Notes under the pieces: model-generated | What the model saw: only the letters and a program-made list of their open reading frames with translations | Told to the model about the DNA's origin: nothing | The model's database searches: none | Source: the human T2T-CHM13v2.0 reference genome, Homo sapiens | NCBI RefSeq assembly: GCF_009914755.1 | Contig: NC_060926.1 | Length of the DNA: 64,000 nt | Direction: 5' to 3' (one strand) | Part shown: positions 1 through 15,151 of the stretch, one piece after another | Layout: each line of letters begins with the position of its first letter | How positions within the stretch are numbered: the first letter of the stretch is position 1 | Made by a program: the position numbers and the translations under genes

Positions 1-138
1 GCTAATTTTTGTATTTTTAGTAGAGACGGGGTTTCACCATGTTGGCCAGGCTGGTCTCCAACTCCAGATCTCAGGTGATCCACCTGCCTCAGCCTCCCAA
101 CGTGCTGGGATTACAGGCGTGAGCTACCGCACCTGGCC
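1..138 (-). mobile_element. Alu (partial, at window edge)
   Basis: Reverse-complement Alu left arm (gctaatttttgtatttttagtagagacgggg...cctggcc). Confidence 0.95.
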
Positions 139-534
139 TAATTCTTTCTTTTCTATTGGAAAATTAACTGCTGATTCTCTGCAGTCGTGTCTATTTTCTT
201 AGAACTTCTAGTAATGGTAATTTGTAGTATGACATGAAAGGACTATATATCAATATCATAAATTCATTTAATCAAGCACACAAATCATATCAGGAATGAA
301 ATAGTCTTTGGTTAAATAGATCTAGTTTTGAAAACAGATTTTACATTTTACATGCATTACATGGCACAAATAATCACATCATTACAATTCAAATTGTACA
401 ATAATTGACTTTCTGTTATAGCAATCAAATAAGCATCAATAAATTATCCTAGAGAGGTTTTATTTTCAGAACAGTATTTGATAGTTCAATTATTTAAATA
501 AATACAGACTTTTTGGAAAAATTGTAGAAATACC

Positions 535-881
<347 letters not shown>

Positions 882-1436
882 TAATATATACAAGGCATAT
901 TGAAATAAGTAACATCAGAATTATACTCTATGTCAAAATCATGGATATATATAGTCACTGTAAATAAAAACATGGTGGTCTGGATAGACTTTAATTAGCT
1001 TATTCACTAAAACAGAATTATTTCCCACAATATTTAGGGGAAGATTACTGGAAATATAGTTCTTCTCTATAAAATCAGTGGAGAATCATTATATACACAC
1101 TTGGATACTTATATACACCTATAGCTTACTCAACGTGTTTATATCAGAAATTCGAAGATGTCCTCTCCTCCTAAGTGACCCACTTAAAATCTATACAGCA
1201 GATTTGTTGAATTCTTGTTAATTTGTATTTAACATTAAATTGAACATATTTAGGAAAATTTTAAAGAATTTTACACCTCTTCTGCAAATGGATATATTAA
1301 CGGTTAACAAATGAAATGCTGTCTCTTTGTACTAGGTTTTGGCTTATAGCTCAGTTCCTCATTTTATTAGGGACTAATAAGAGAGAGAGTATAAATGCTT
1401 TATTAAGCTAAGCCCTAAATCTTGTTTATGTTAAGC

Positions 1437-3520
1437 TTTTTACTCAGAGATAATTGTAGATTCTGAGATAGTTGTAGATAACTGTAGATTCACATGCAGT
1501 TGTAAGAAATAATACAGAGATCCTGTGTTCTTTTTACCCAGTTTTCCCCAATGGCACATCTTGCTAAACTACAGTACAATATCCCAACCAGGATTTTCAC
1601 ATTGATTTGGTCAAGATACTGAATATGTCCATCACCACAAGGATCTCTTGTGCTATCCTTTTATAGTTATGCCCAACTCTCTTGTTCTCCCCACTCCTCC
1701 CTGGCAACCCCTAATCTATTCTCCATTCCTATAATTTTGCATTTCAAAATGTTATGTAAATGGAATCATACAGTGTGCAAACTTTTATGATTGGCTTTGC
1801 TCACTCAGCACAATTCTCTGGAATTCATCCCAGTGGTTGCCCATGTCAGTAATTAGTTCTTTTTTATCGCTGAGTAGTATTCCGGGCATAGAGGCACCAT
1901 CCACTGTTTCACCAGCCACCCGTTAAAGGCCATCTGATTTCTCCAAGTTTTTGAACATTATGGATAAAACTGATATGAACATTCATGCACAAGTTTTTGT
2001 GTGAACCTCTTTTCATTTCTCTTGTATAAATGCCCAGGAGCAATTGAGGGTCAGTATGGCAGTTGTATGTTTAGTTTTATGAGAAACTGGCAAATGGTTT
2101 TGCGGAGTGGCTGTTCCATTTTCTATTCCCACCACTAGTGTATGACTGACCCGGTTTATCTGCATCCTTGTCAGCGTTTGGTGTTATCATTATTTTTTAT
2201 TTTAGCAATTTTGGTAGCTATGTAGTGATATCTCATTGTAGTATTAGTTTGCAGTTCCCCTAGTGACTAGTGCTGTTGACTGTCTTTTCATGTCTTTTCA
2301 TGCGCTTATTTGCCATTTTTATATCCTCTGCAGTGAAATGTCTGTTCATGTGCTCCATTTTCTAATTAGAATTTTTTAGCTGTTGAGTTTTGACAGTTCT
2401 TTATATATTCTAGATACTAATCTTTTGTTGGATATGTGGTTTGGAAATATTTTCTCCCAGTATGTGGCCTGTCTTCTCGGCCTTTTAACATGGTCTTTTG
2501 CAGAACAAATGTTTTAAATTCTGATGAAGTTTAATTTATCAAATTTTCTTTTATGAATTGTGCTTTTGGTATCAAGTCTAACAACCCTTTGCTTAGCCCT
2601 AGTTCCAAAAGATTTTCTATATCCTATAGTTTTATAGTTTTACATTTTATTTTTACAGATATGATCTGAGTTAATTTTTGCATAAGGTATGAAGTTTAGT
2701 CCAAGGTTCATTTTATTTTCCTATGGATGTCCACTTACTCCACACTTATTGAAAAGGCTATCCTCTGTTGAATTAGTTTTGTACTTTTGTAAAAGAAAAT
2801 CAGTTGAGCATATTTGTGTGGGCCTATTTCTAGATTCCCTATTCTGTTCCATCAATGTGTTTCTATGCCTCCACCAAATACCACACTTCTTGAATACTGT
2901 AGCTACATCATAACTCTATATTAAATAGAATGATTTCTCCTACCTTATTCTGCTTTTACAAGACTGTTTTAGCTATTTCAATGCCTGTGCCTTTCCATGT
3001 AACTTTTAAAATAAGCTTGTATAGGTCTACAAAATCCTTGTTGAGATTTTGATAGGAATTGCATTAAACCTAGAGATGGAGATGGGGAGAACTGATATCT
3101 TTACTGTTTGTATCTTCCAATCCAAGAACATGGTATCTCTCTTTCTTTGTTTAGGTCATTAATTTCTTTTCTTAGCATTTAAAAATTTTCACTACATAGG
3201 TCCTGGGTAAGTTTTGTTTATACGGAAGTATTTCACTTTGGAGTGATTGCAAATGGTATTGTGTTTTTAGTTTTTTTCCCCACATGTTCATCGTTAGCAT
3301 AGAGAAATGCAATTGACTTTTGTATGCTGATCTTGTGTCCTGAGACCTTGTTGCACTCACATACTAGTTCCAGAGTTTTTTTTTAAAAAAAATAGATTAT
3401 TTGGAATTTCTATGTAGGCAATCCTCTCATCTCTAAATAGGGGTACTTTTTTTTTCTTTCGATCTGTATGCATTTAATCTCTTTTTCTTGCCTTATTGCC
3501 ATGTCTAGAACTTCCAGAAC
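1437..3520 (-). mobile_element. Old L1 (L1MC-like) 3' fragment
   Basis: Reverse-complement L1 3' UTR and ORF2 motifs (ttgtagattcacatgcagttgtaagaaataatacagaga; gtagtgatatctcattgtagt; ctttatatattctagatactaatcttttgttggatatgtgg). Confidence 0.85.
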
Positions 3521-4609
3521 AGCCTCTAACATTTTAATCAATGTAAATTTCTAGAGATTTGCTGAAACACACTTGCCTGAATGGAGACCATCAAACTTAA
3601 AACTGTGAATTTTCAACACTATTCTTACCCAACCTTTTCAGGTTTCATTTCCTGTAATTTGGATAAATAGCTGATAACATTCATCAGTGGTTATGAATGG
3701 CATCCACTGGGCAAAGTCCTTTGAAGCAGCAGTGACCTTTAATGAGCTAAATGGAACCTGACTATAAACGCAAACCTAGCCAGGGGACCTTATCTGCAAG
3801 ACAGGATCAGGAGGCAGAGAAGCTCCCAGTATTAAGGTGTGAGGTTGACTTATGCAATACATTTGAGCATGTCATTTGTTCTTCCAGCTTTCTCCCCATT
3901 TTTCTAAATTGGGAGTAGCAATAATTTTAAACTCTGAAAATATAAAATTCCCTCAGAAGTACCTTATTCTTATATATTAGAAATCACTACTGTTAGGAAC
4001 TCTTTTGAGGACTGGCTTATGACAAATAAAGAATTCTCTGCATCTTACTATGTTTTTAGCAATAGATAATTAAAATATATTTTGACAACTCAAGCTCTCG
4101 TCGTATGTTATTTTGTTAAGCAAAAGTTCATAATCATTAATAACACTCTTATTTACTTGAAAAATGTATATTTCCTACATATAGTGATGTGTTTTTTATG
4201 TTATACAACCTCCCTAACCTACCAAAGAAAGTTTGTAGCCATTACAGAAAGACAGAAAACTTGGGACAGCTCAACCCTTTATAGGTTTTAATGATCAGAG
4301 GTCTTAGATATATATACATAGGTCCATGTAGACCTTAGAAGTGTACACAGGTACAGTCTAATTTCTCAAAAACACTAGGAGCTCCTACATATAATATGTA
4401 GAAAGTTTTAAATCTGTAGTAAGAATCAAATTTCAGAGACTTTTTTTTTTTTTCCAAAAGCAAGAAACATCATCTCCAGGCAAGCTAGTCCTTCTTTTTT
4501 ACAATCACTTTACTGATTTTCCTGGTTCAATTTCTACCCATGCATTTCAATAACTCTTTTGTTGTTAAAACTGGATGTCTTGTAGGAACCACTCCACCTG
4601 TGTCTGCAG

Positions 4610-4740
4610 TGAGCTGTCTGGGATGTGGACTCAGCCCCTCTGAGTCTAGTTTTCTTGTCTGTAAGAGCCAATGATGACGTGCATCTCATTGGTTGCAGGG
4701 CTTAAATGAGATGGCTTCTGTTGAGGGCCTGGCCCAGGGC
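4610..4740. mobile_element. MIR fragment
   Basis: Degenerate MIR core (cctctgagtctagttttcttgtctgtaa...ttaaatgagat). Confidence 0.6.
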
Positions 4741-5622
4741 CGGGCAGGCAGTGGGCCCTCAGTTACTGGCTTCCTTTCTTCCTTCTGTAACGTGCTGCCT
4801 TTACTTTCCCAGCTTCACCCACTCCCCTCTCCGCTTTCCCCACCACAGAATGGAGAGCTTCTTATTTTGGATGCCCCTGTTCATGCATGAGAGAGGGGAA
4901 CCCTTGCCAGAAGTATGAGCAGCAGGGATCTGGGGAGCTTAATGTCAAAGCTACTCCTTTCTCTTTAATGACTGCCATGGCTGCTTACATAGAGAAGGGC
5001 TATGCACAAAGCACCCTATGTTCTTACACTGTTTTCATGTTATGGTGGGAGAAAAGCTGCATTCTAGCCAGTATGACCTAATAATGCATCTGCAATCCAC
5101 CAGCAGGAGGAGTAATCCACGGACACACAGTCCTCCACCCTCACCCTAAAAACAATATTGTGACTGCGTGATGCACAGTCAGCTGCTTCGTGGTCACAGT
5201 GAACTTAGAACCAAGACTGCATTTGGCAGAGCAAGCAACAAAGATACTCTCACAATACAAAGCAATCACATTGTAGGTACAGGCATTTTTTTTTTTCCTT
5301 AAACAATGAAACAACAATGATCTCAACATGTCATTTTGACCACCAGCTATTATATGATTTCTGAATCGATGAGTCTGGATTGAATACAATGGAATAAAGA
5401 CTATCTACGTGAAGTATCTGTGTGAGTTGGAGATCTGCAAATGACCACTTTAATCTCAAATCTAGCATAGAGTTCCCTGTTCACCCTCTCTCATTCTGCT
5501 GCAGGGATGGCAGGGCTGCTATGAACCCTTCAACAAAGAGACAGTGGTCAATAGCTGTCTGGCTGCATCACTGAAAAGGTTTTCATTTAAGTGCAAACAC
5601 CAAGGACTTTCTTCTCACTCCA

Positions 5623-5770
5623 TCAGGCCTTTCTGGGAACTGCTTTGAAATATTCCTCCCTTGAAATACTGGATGCGCCTCCATACCATTTCTGAAGCCA
5701 GATATGTTCTATCCTCATCTTCATAAAGAACCATTCATATTGACGAGGCCACTTCCTCATCCCTGGGTGC
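5623..5770 (-). CDS. CREG2: CREG2 last coding exon (exon 4)
   Basis: Acceptor TTCCTGCAG|G at 5770. Translates HPGMRKWPRQYEWFFMKMRIEHIWLQKWYGGASSISREEYFKAVPRKA, stop TGA at 5625-5623. Exons total 441+170+114+148 = 873 nt = 290 aa + stop. Confidence 0.96.
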
Positions 5771-6589
5771 CTGCAGGAATAAAGAGAGACCACAGTAAAG
5801 CTGCTCTTATCAGAGAGGTGCACCCTGGGCCAAGTCATAGGACCTCCAGAGTCCAGGCCTCATTTGGGCTGACAGCTGCTCACATCAGCCAGAGGCAGAA
5901 CCAGGGAGCTGAGTGTCAGTGCCTGGGACCACCGTAGGAAGCCAGGGACTGTAGACCTTACCCCATGTGGCTAGAGGCTCAAGACGTGGGCCAGGCTCCT
6001 TGGTGTGAATCTCAGTTCAACTGCTGATGAGCTGTGACGCCAGTGGGCTGTTGGCACTCACAAGCCTCTGTCTCATTACCTGTCACGTGGAGTGATGCTG
6101 ATGCGGCTCTTCATAGGGCTGTGTGGGGAAGCAGGCAATGAACCACACAGAAAACACCTGCAGAGAGTGAGTGCTCAGTGGAGGCTGGTTACCATTCTTT
6201 GGAAACATAAAGAAAGGCTTTATGCATCTCTATATGAAATGTTAACAAAATGGTGAGCTTGTGAAACCAGTTCGTTCATGGGAAGATTTCCAGTCGTGCA
6301 GCAGGCTGAGAGCTACTGAGGCAGGTGAGAGCCAGCTAGAGTTGACAGGCAACGTCACATCCCGTCTTGTGCTGTTGACTGACTTGCCTCTCCCCGATGC
6401 ATACCCCTAAACACGCTGCAGTATCGTTGAGGGCAGGGGCTGTGGCTTACTTCTTTTTTTTAACTTCATAAAAATTTCCTTTATATCTAAAAAATGTCAT
6501 AAACATAATTCAAAGACCGAGTCCAAACTGGGAAAAACATTTATTACAAAGCAAATGCAATAATAGGTTGATGATCTTTATTTATTAAA

Positions 6590-6880
6590 AAATTTTTTTT
6601 TTAGAGATGGAATCTTGCTCTGTTGCCCTGGCTGGAGTGCAGTGGCGGGATCATAGCTCACCGCAGCCTCGATCTCCTGGGCTCAAGCGATCCTCCTGCC
6701 TCAGCCTCATGAGTAGCGTGCCACCATGCCTGGCTAATTTAAAAAAAATTTTTTTTTTTTGTAGAGATGCAGTCTCACTATGTTGCCCGGGCTAGTCTTG
6801 AACTCCTGGCCTCAAGCAATCCTTCTGCCTCAGCCTTCCAAAGTGCTGGAATTATAGGTGTGTGCTACCACACTCAGTCA
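6590..6880 (-). mobile_element. AluJ-like element
   Basis: Reverse-complement Alu dimer. Confidence 0.9.
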
Positions 6881-7207
6881 ATCATCTTTTTAAAGAATAA
6901 TTTATTTTGAAACAATAATAAACATACAGGGAAATTGGAAGTACAGTATCCAAAACTATTTTATTTTCTTAATCCATTTGAACAAAAGTTGCTGATCTGA
7001 TGCCATAACACCCCAAATATTATGCAGCCAAGATAATAACATGATTGTTGTTTTAAGAAACCTACTTTTGTACTGATAACTGGAACAAAGTTTGATACCT
7101 GGAAGTGGTGCTGGTGCAGCAAACCCTAATCCATGGGGCACTGGCTCTGGGCCCAGGCACTGGGTGGAAGCTGGAAGGACCCTGAGGAGACTGACAGTGA
7201 GGGCTTA

Positions 7208-7660
<453 letters not shown>

Positions 7661-7768
7661 AAAAGCAGAAAAAGCTACTGAAAGCTGGAGGTAAAGGGAT
7701 CTACATTATGTAGTGGTAGGCAAACTTGGCAATGCTGTTGTCTGTAGTTAGGTAGAAAATAGGAAATG

Positions 7769-8830
7769 TTCACATCTTTCACCCACTTTTTGATGGGGTT
7801 GTTTGTTTTTCTCTTGTAAATTTGTTTAAGTTCCTTGTAGATTTTGGATATTAGACCTTTGTCAGATGGGTCGATTGAAAAAATTTTCACCCGTTCTGTA
7901 GGTTGCCCGTTTGCTCTCTGATGATAGCTTCTTTTGCTGTGCAGAAGCTCTTTAGTTTAATTAGATCCCATTTATCAATTTTGGCTTTTGTTGCAATTGC
8001 TTTTGGTGTTTTAGTCATGAAGCAAAAGAAGACATTTATGCGGCCAACAAATATATGAAACAAAGCTCATCATCACTGGTCATTAGAGAAATGCAAATCA
8101 AAACCACAATGGATACCATCTCATGGCAGTTAGAATGGCAATCATTAAAAAGTCAGGAAGCAACAGATGCTGGCGAGGCTGTGGAGAAATAGAATGCTTT
8201 TACACAGTTGGTGGGAATGTAAATTACTTCAACCATTGTGGAAGACAATATGGCGATTCCTTAAGGATCTAGAACCAGAAATATCATTTGACCCAGCCAT
8301 CCCATTACTGGGCATATACCCAAAGGATTATAAATCATTCTGTTATAAAGATACATGCACACGTATGTTTATTGCAGCACTATTTACAATAGCAAAGACT
8401 TAGAACCAATCCAAATGCCCATCAATAATAGACTGGATAAAGAAAATGTGGCACATATACACCATGGAATACTATGCAGCCATAGAAAAGGATGAGTTCA
8501 TGTCCTTTGCAGGGACATGGATGAAGCTGGAAGCCATCATCCTCAGCAAACTAACACCAGAGCAAAAAAACCAAACACTGCATGTTCTCACTCATAAGTG
8601 GGAGTTGAACAATGAGAACACATGGACACAGGGAGGGGAACATCACACACCCGGGGCCTGTCGGGGGGTGGAGGCAAGAGGATGGAAAGCATTAGGACAA
8701 ATACCTAATGTATGGGGGACCTTAAAACCTAGATGATGGGTGCAGCAAACCACCATGGCACATGTATACCTATGTAACAAACCTGCATGTTCTGCACACG
8801 TATCCCAGAACTTAAAATAAAAATAAAAAA
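7769..8830 (+). mobile_element. L1PA 3' fragment with inverted 5' segment and 15-bp target-site duplication (TSD)
   Basis: 7769-8022 is antisense L1 ORF2; 8023-8830 is sense ORF2 end, 3' UTR and A-tail. TSD agaaaataggaaatg at 7754-7768 and 8831-8845. Confidence 0.92.
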
Positions 8831-9413
8831 AGAAAATAGGAAATGAACCTAATGAACCCACTGATCTAGGGAAGATTTTGGCCTCTTCTCATTGCTTATA
8901 ATAACATGTGAGAGGAGAAGAACTAAAGAACTAGAGTTGAGTTTAAAAGCTAGCAATAAAAAATAAAAATAAAAAATAAAAACGTTTGTGCGCACACACA
9001 CACGCACACTGACATCTGTTTCTTTAGGTATTGAAAGCCATGAGCTCATGTGAACATATCCAATCCCAATCATTCTAGTTTTCTCCGATTGTGCCTTTAG
9101 CCCTTTTCTGTGTCCTTACAAGGCTTGCTTATTCACTGCATCCCTGCGTGCAGGATCTTCTTCCCATGGGGTTGTGGATCGCCCCTCCAGCTCAACACTT
9201 GCCTTCGTGTTACTCTCCCTCTACTGCAGACCAATGCCTTCTAGCCTGTTTCCATTGCTGCACCAGCCTGCACCCCAGCTCCGAGCCTGCACTTCCGGCG
9301 GTCCCTGCATGGACACCTGTGGAAAGGCCACCCCCGCGTGCATGCGCGGTCCTCTGCTTGCACAAGCTCTGACTCCAGGCTGGGCCCCCCTCTCACTTGT
9401 GTGGACCCCTACA

Positions 9414-9600
9414 GCAGTAGTTCTCAAACTTTAGCATGCATATCAATTTCCTGGAGCATGCCTTTCACAATACAGATTCCTGAGCCTCATTTCCGGAGAG
9501 TTTGATTCAGTAAGTAGGTTGGGGTTGGGCCCATAAAGCTGCGTCTAAGTCAGCAGCCTACTGATGTAAGAGCGAGAGCACCACACTGAGAAACGCTGCG
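9414..9600. mobile_element. MER5A-like DNA transposon
   Basis: Termini cagtagttctcaaact...tgagaaacgctg with typical internal sequence. Confidence 0.75.
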
Positions 9601-9950
9601 CTGGCATCCCCAGCAGGCAATGGGCTTTGTTTCAAGTGGATGCTTGAAAACGTTGTGTTGACGAGGAAGGCTCAGCTATTTTCACGGCAAGGCAGGGCAT
9701 TGTCAAAGGTTGGAAGTAGGTAGGAATTGTACCTGGAATAGCTCAGTGCAGTGCTCTCCAGAGGCATTCACCCGGCTTCTGCTGCCACTGCTAGTGATCT
9801 CCATAGCCAGGCTGAGCTTGGCCCTATTCCCACCGAAGGGCAGTGGAGACCAATCACTTATTGCATCAGAGGCATCTAATGGCACAGCCTGACCTCTGCT
9901 TATTAGTATTGTGTATTTCTGGGCATATAAATTTTAAAGCATTTACACAC

Positions 9951-10064
9951 CTTGAAAACATGGCTTGCTTGGCAAATTCTACTTCTTCTGGAGACACTGC
10001 GATCATCTGGCCAGTGAGCGTTAACTGGACACATCGGGGATCTTCCGGATCAACGATGTTTTTT
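9951..10064 (-). CDS. CREG2: CREG2 coding exon 3
   Basis: Acceptor TGCAG|A at 10064, donor AAG|GTGTGT at 9951. 114 nt. Translates KNIVDPEDPRCVQLTLTGQMIAVSPEEVEFAKQAMFSR, with the CREG-family DPxxPRC motif. Confidence 0.96.
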
Positions 10065-10353
10065 CTGCATGTGAAAAACATTTTTTGTATATCAGAACAA
10101 GGACAGAACATCAGCCAGCAATTCTAACGATTTTATAAACTTAAAAATAGTAGTCACATTCCTGGTTATATCATTCAGGTTATGGATATTCCTGGTTATA
10201 TCATTCAGGTTATGTTACGGATAGTTACTTTAAAATACTCAGGCCTTGCAATAGGTGTGCTTATGTAGGTTAGATATCAGTCTGCATTCTGGGGCAGTGA
10301 GATAACATCTGAAGCGCCCTAGGCAAAAGTGCACATTTGAGGGTGGAGGAAAT

Positions 10354-11097
10354 TGAGACGGGAAAGTTCCCTGACCCCCTCGAGGGACTTGCGACAGTGG
10401 GGTAGGGTGGGGTTCGGGGGGGTGGGAGTGCTTGTTTTGCTTGCAGGAGGGGGAGTACACAGGTGAGCAGGTTCAGGAGCTGGGGTGAGTGCCTTTTTAG
10501 GCAGGAATGAACCCTGTACCAAGTTGCCCACAAACTCTGGAGTCCCAGAGGGCATGTATTACAAACAATGCTCTTTTAGTGGTTGCCGTCAGTGATGGCT
10601 AAGTGTTAATCAGCTCAGTGGCGAGTCAGGGTGACGTACACCCTGCCCTCTTGGTACCCAGGTTCTTGTCTGGCATCCAGGAAGAATCAGGTCATACAGA
10701 CTTAAAGGCTGGTGAGTGCAGAGGTTTTATGAAGCAGTGGAAGTGGCTCTCAGCAGAAGAGCTGAAAAGGGGCTGGTGCAGGAAGGTGATCTTTCCCTGA
10801 GGCCTGGCCATCTTCAGCCAGGCTCCTCTCCAAAGTCATGCCGTCTGAAGTTAAGCTGCATCTATCCATCCTCTCCGACTCTCAGTTGCTTCTTCGCCTC
10901 TCGAAGTCCAGCTGCTTTTCCCTCTGCCAGCTGCGGTCTGGGGTTTATATGGGCCCAGGATGTGGGGGCAGGGCAGGCCAAAAATCAACATTCTGGCTCA
11001 AAAACAGGAATGCCTGTTCTCATTTAGGGCTGCCGGTCCAGGCTTGAGGGTGGAGCCCTTGCCAGGGGCCCTGCCCTCCTGCCTCCCATTCCTATCA
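10354..11097 (-). mobile_element. ERV1-class solo LTR (LTR1/LTR27/LTR28/MER61 group) inserted in an old L1 3' end
   Basis: TG...CA termini (tgagacggg...cctatca) with a 4-bp TSD aaat at 10350-10353 and 11098-11101. Confidence 0.75.
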
Positions 11098-11588
11098 AAA
11101 TGGGGAGTTATTATTCAGAGGGAACAATGTTTCAGTTCTGTTGTGAATATGTTCTAGAGATCTGCTGTACAACATAAGAGTTCACAAAATAATATTGTGC
11201 ACATAAAAATTTACTAACAGGGTAGATCTCATGTCAGGTGGGTTTTCTTTCTTTTTTTTTAACTGCAGAAACAAAACACATCAAATGGACACAAGAAAAT
11301 TTTGGCAGGTGTTGGATGTGTGTGTAATAGGAATGGCATCCCTGGAGTAGTACAACGCTTCTGTCTGGATCCAGCAGTGACTGGAATAAGGGCTTTCAAA
11401 TATTGCTGTCAGAACCTGCACTGGAGGGTTCCTTAATCAGCAAAAAGCATATTAGAAATAATAAGAACAGTAGTGTGATCATATTTGTGACTGCTTGCTA
11501 AGAAATGTTTCTGTGGTGACAGAATTATCCTAAGACTTGTTTCCACTGTAAAGGTCACCTGGCAGTGACGATGTGGGGAAGGGAACTT

Positions 11589-12020
11589 TTTCTTCTTTTT
11601 TTTTTGAGATGGAGTCTCGCTCTGTCACCCAGGCTGGAGTGCAATGGCGTAATCTTGGCTCACTGCAACCTCCGCCTCCCGGGTTCAAGCAATTCTCCTG
11701 CCCCAATCTCCTGAGTAGTGGGGACTACAGGAATGCACCACACGCCCGGCTAATTTTTGTAGTTTTAGTAGAGACGGGGTTTCACCATATTGGCCAAGCT
11801 GGTCTCAAACTCCTGACCCTGTGATTCGCCCGCCTCAGCCTCCCAAAGTGCTGGGATTACAGGCGTGAGCCACTGTGCTCAGCCCAATTTTTGTATTTTT
11901 AATAGAGATGGGGTTTCACCGTGTTGGTCAGGCTGGTCTTGAACTCCTGACCTCAGGTAACCCACCCGCCTCAGCCTCCCAAAATGCTGGGATGACAGGC
12001 GTGAGCCATCGTGCCTGGCC
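11589..12020 (-). mobile_element. Three-arm Alu (left-left-right) within one 17-bp TSD
   Basis: TSD tgtggggaagggaactt at 11572-11588 and 12021-12037. Confidence 0.88.
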
Positions 12021-12553
12021 TGTGGGGAAGGGAACTTAAAGCTGTCACCTCCTACTAATCATGTCAGGGTGCCTATTTCTGGAAGAAGCATAAACAAGAG
12101 AATCTGATTCTCCAAATGTCATTTAGAGACTGGCTTCATGTAAATCCACAAGAGAAAGCTCTTCTTGGCCACAGCTTGTGCCTTATGCTGTTGCAAGCTG
12201 TGTCCATAAGTGTTTGGGAAGATGGTTCAAGGATGAGGCAGCACAATGATAATATTAGTCACTTACATTCACATAGTGTTTTCAGTATTTCTGAATGGCT
12301 TTGATGTGTATTCCATCATCTGCTGCTGTAGTAAGATTTGTTAATTTTTATACCAAGGACATTTGTACATCACCTCATTTTGTTTGATCTTCATGACAAC
12401 CCTAGGAGGTTTTATTATTAACCCCTGTTTAGAAGTAAGAAAAGTGAAACTCAGAGGGGTTAAGTTGTCCAGGGCCATGGAGCTCACAGGGGTGCAGCCA
12501 GGCCTGTAGCACCCTACCTGAGGTCCTCTGGTCTCAAGTAGAAAGCTAGGCTA

Positions 12554-13149
<596 letters not shown>

Positions 13150-13345
13150 TAAAAAAATACTACCACATGGGAAAAAAAAGAGCCTGTTGCATAGAATTGT
13201 TTATGATGGCAAAAATTGGAAGTAACCAAAAAGCTTAGCAGTGGGGAAATACAAATAAATTAAGTTTTATCAATACTATAACATACAGCCTTTAAAATAG
13301 ATGAGATAGAGCTATAGGTGTCCATGACAAAGATATAAGTAAAAC

Positions 13346-14388
<1,043 letters not shown>

Positions 14389-14398
14389 TAAAAACAGT

Positions 14399-15107
14399 TG
14401 AAGAAATTTTAAAAATCTCTGGACCTTCAAACTCCTTATGCCAAAGGGAAGGTTAAGCCTAGAGGTTGAGTTATGCAACTCCCTCTTCCAAATAAATCGC
14501 TGTTACCAGCATTATGCATCAACCAGACTCCCTGGGAAAAGATGAAAGGCTTCAGGGGTCTCCAAATGACTGCCCGTAGAGACCATTCATAAGAATTTTT
14601 TGCTGGCCTCCCATAAACAAGGACATGCCAATTGCAACTTTAGGTCTGCAATCTAAGTCTGGCTCCTGAAACTAAAGTCTGTTTGATTCCATGCTGATAA
14701 TGGAATTGACATTCAATTGCAAGCTTATCTTCCCAGGTGCAGAATAAAGACAAGACTAGATCAATCATTCCTCTGCTTACCCAGAGACATCTGCATAATA
14801 AATTCTTCCTTTACTCCCTTTTTTTCTTTCAAACATTCACCTTATCTTATGTAAAATGTTGATTTACTGGGCACTAACTAAAGTCTCACAAAGATATAAC
14901 CATTGCCTTACCACCTACCTGCCTCTCTTCCTACATGCCTTTCTCCCCTTTAAGAAAATGTACAAATACTAAACCTCCTGAAAACCTCTTCAGGAAAATA
15001 GCCACAGATAGGTCTGTGGCTTGCGTGTTCCTGGACATGCACTGAGGTTACCTTAATAAATCTCAACTGATTGAGACAGTTGCTTCAGTGACTCATTTTG
15101 GTTATCA
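14399..15107 (+). mobile_element. MER4-group ERV1 LTR
   Basis: tgaagaaatt...caaactccttatgccaaagggaaggttaagc... with AATAAA near 15055 and end ttttggttatca. Confidence 0.6.
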
Positions 15108-15151
15108 AGAAAAATATGTGCTGTGTGGCTCCATTAAAAGAAGAAAGAAAG

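Noticed and set aside
7675-8736. ORFs resembling the L1 ORF2p C terminus
   Set aside because: Frameshifted fragments of a truncated, inverted L1PA; not an intact gene.
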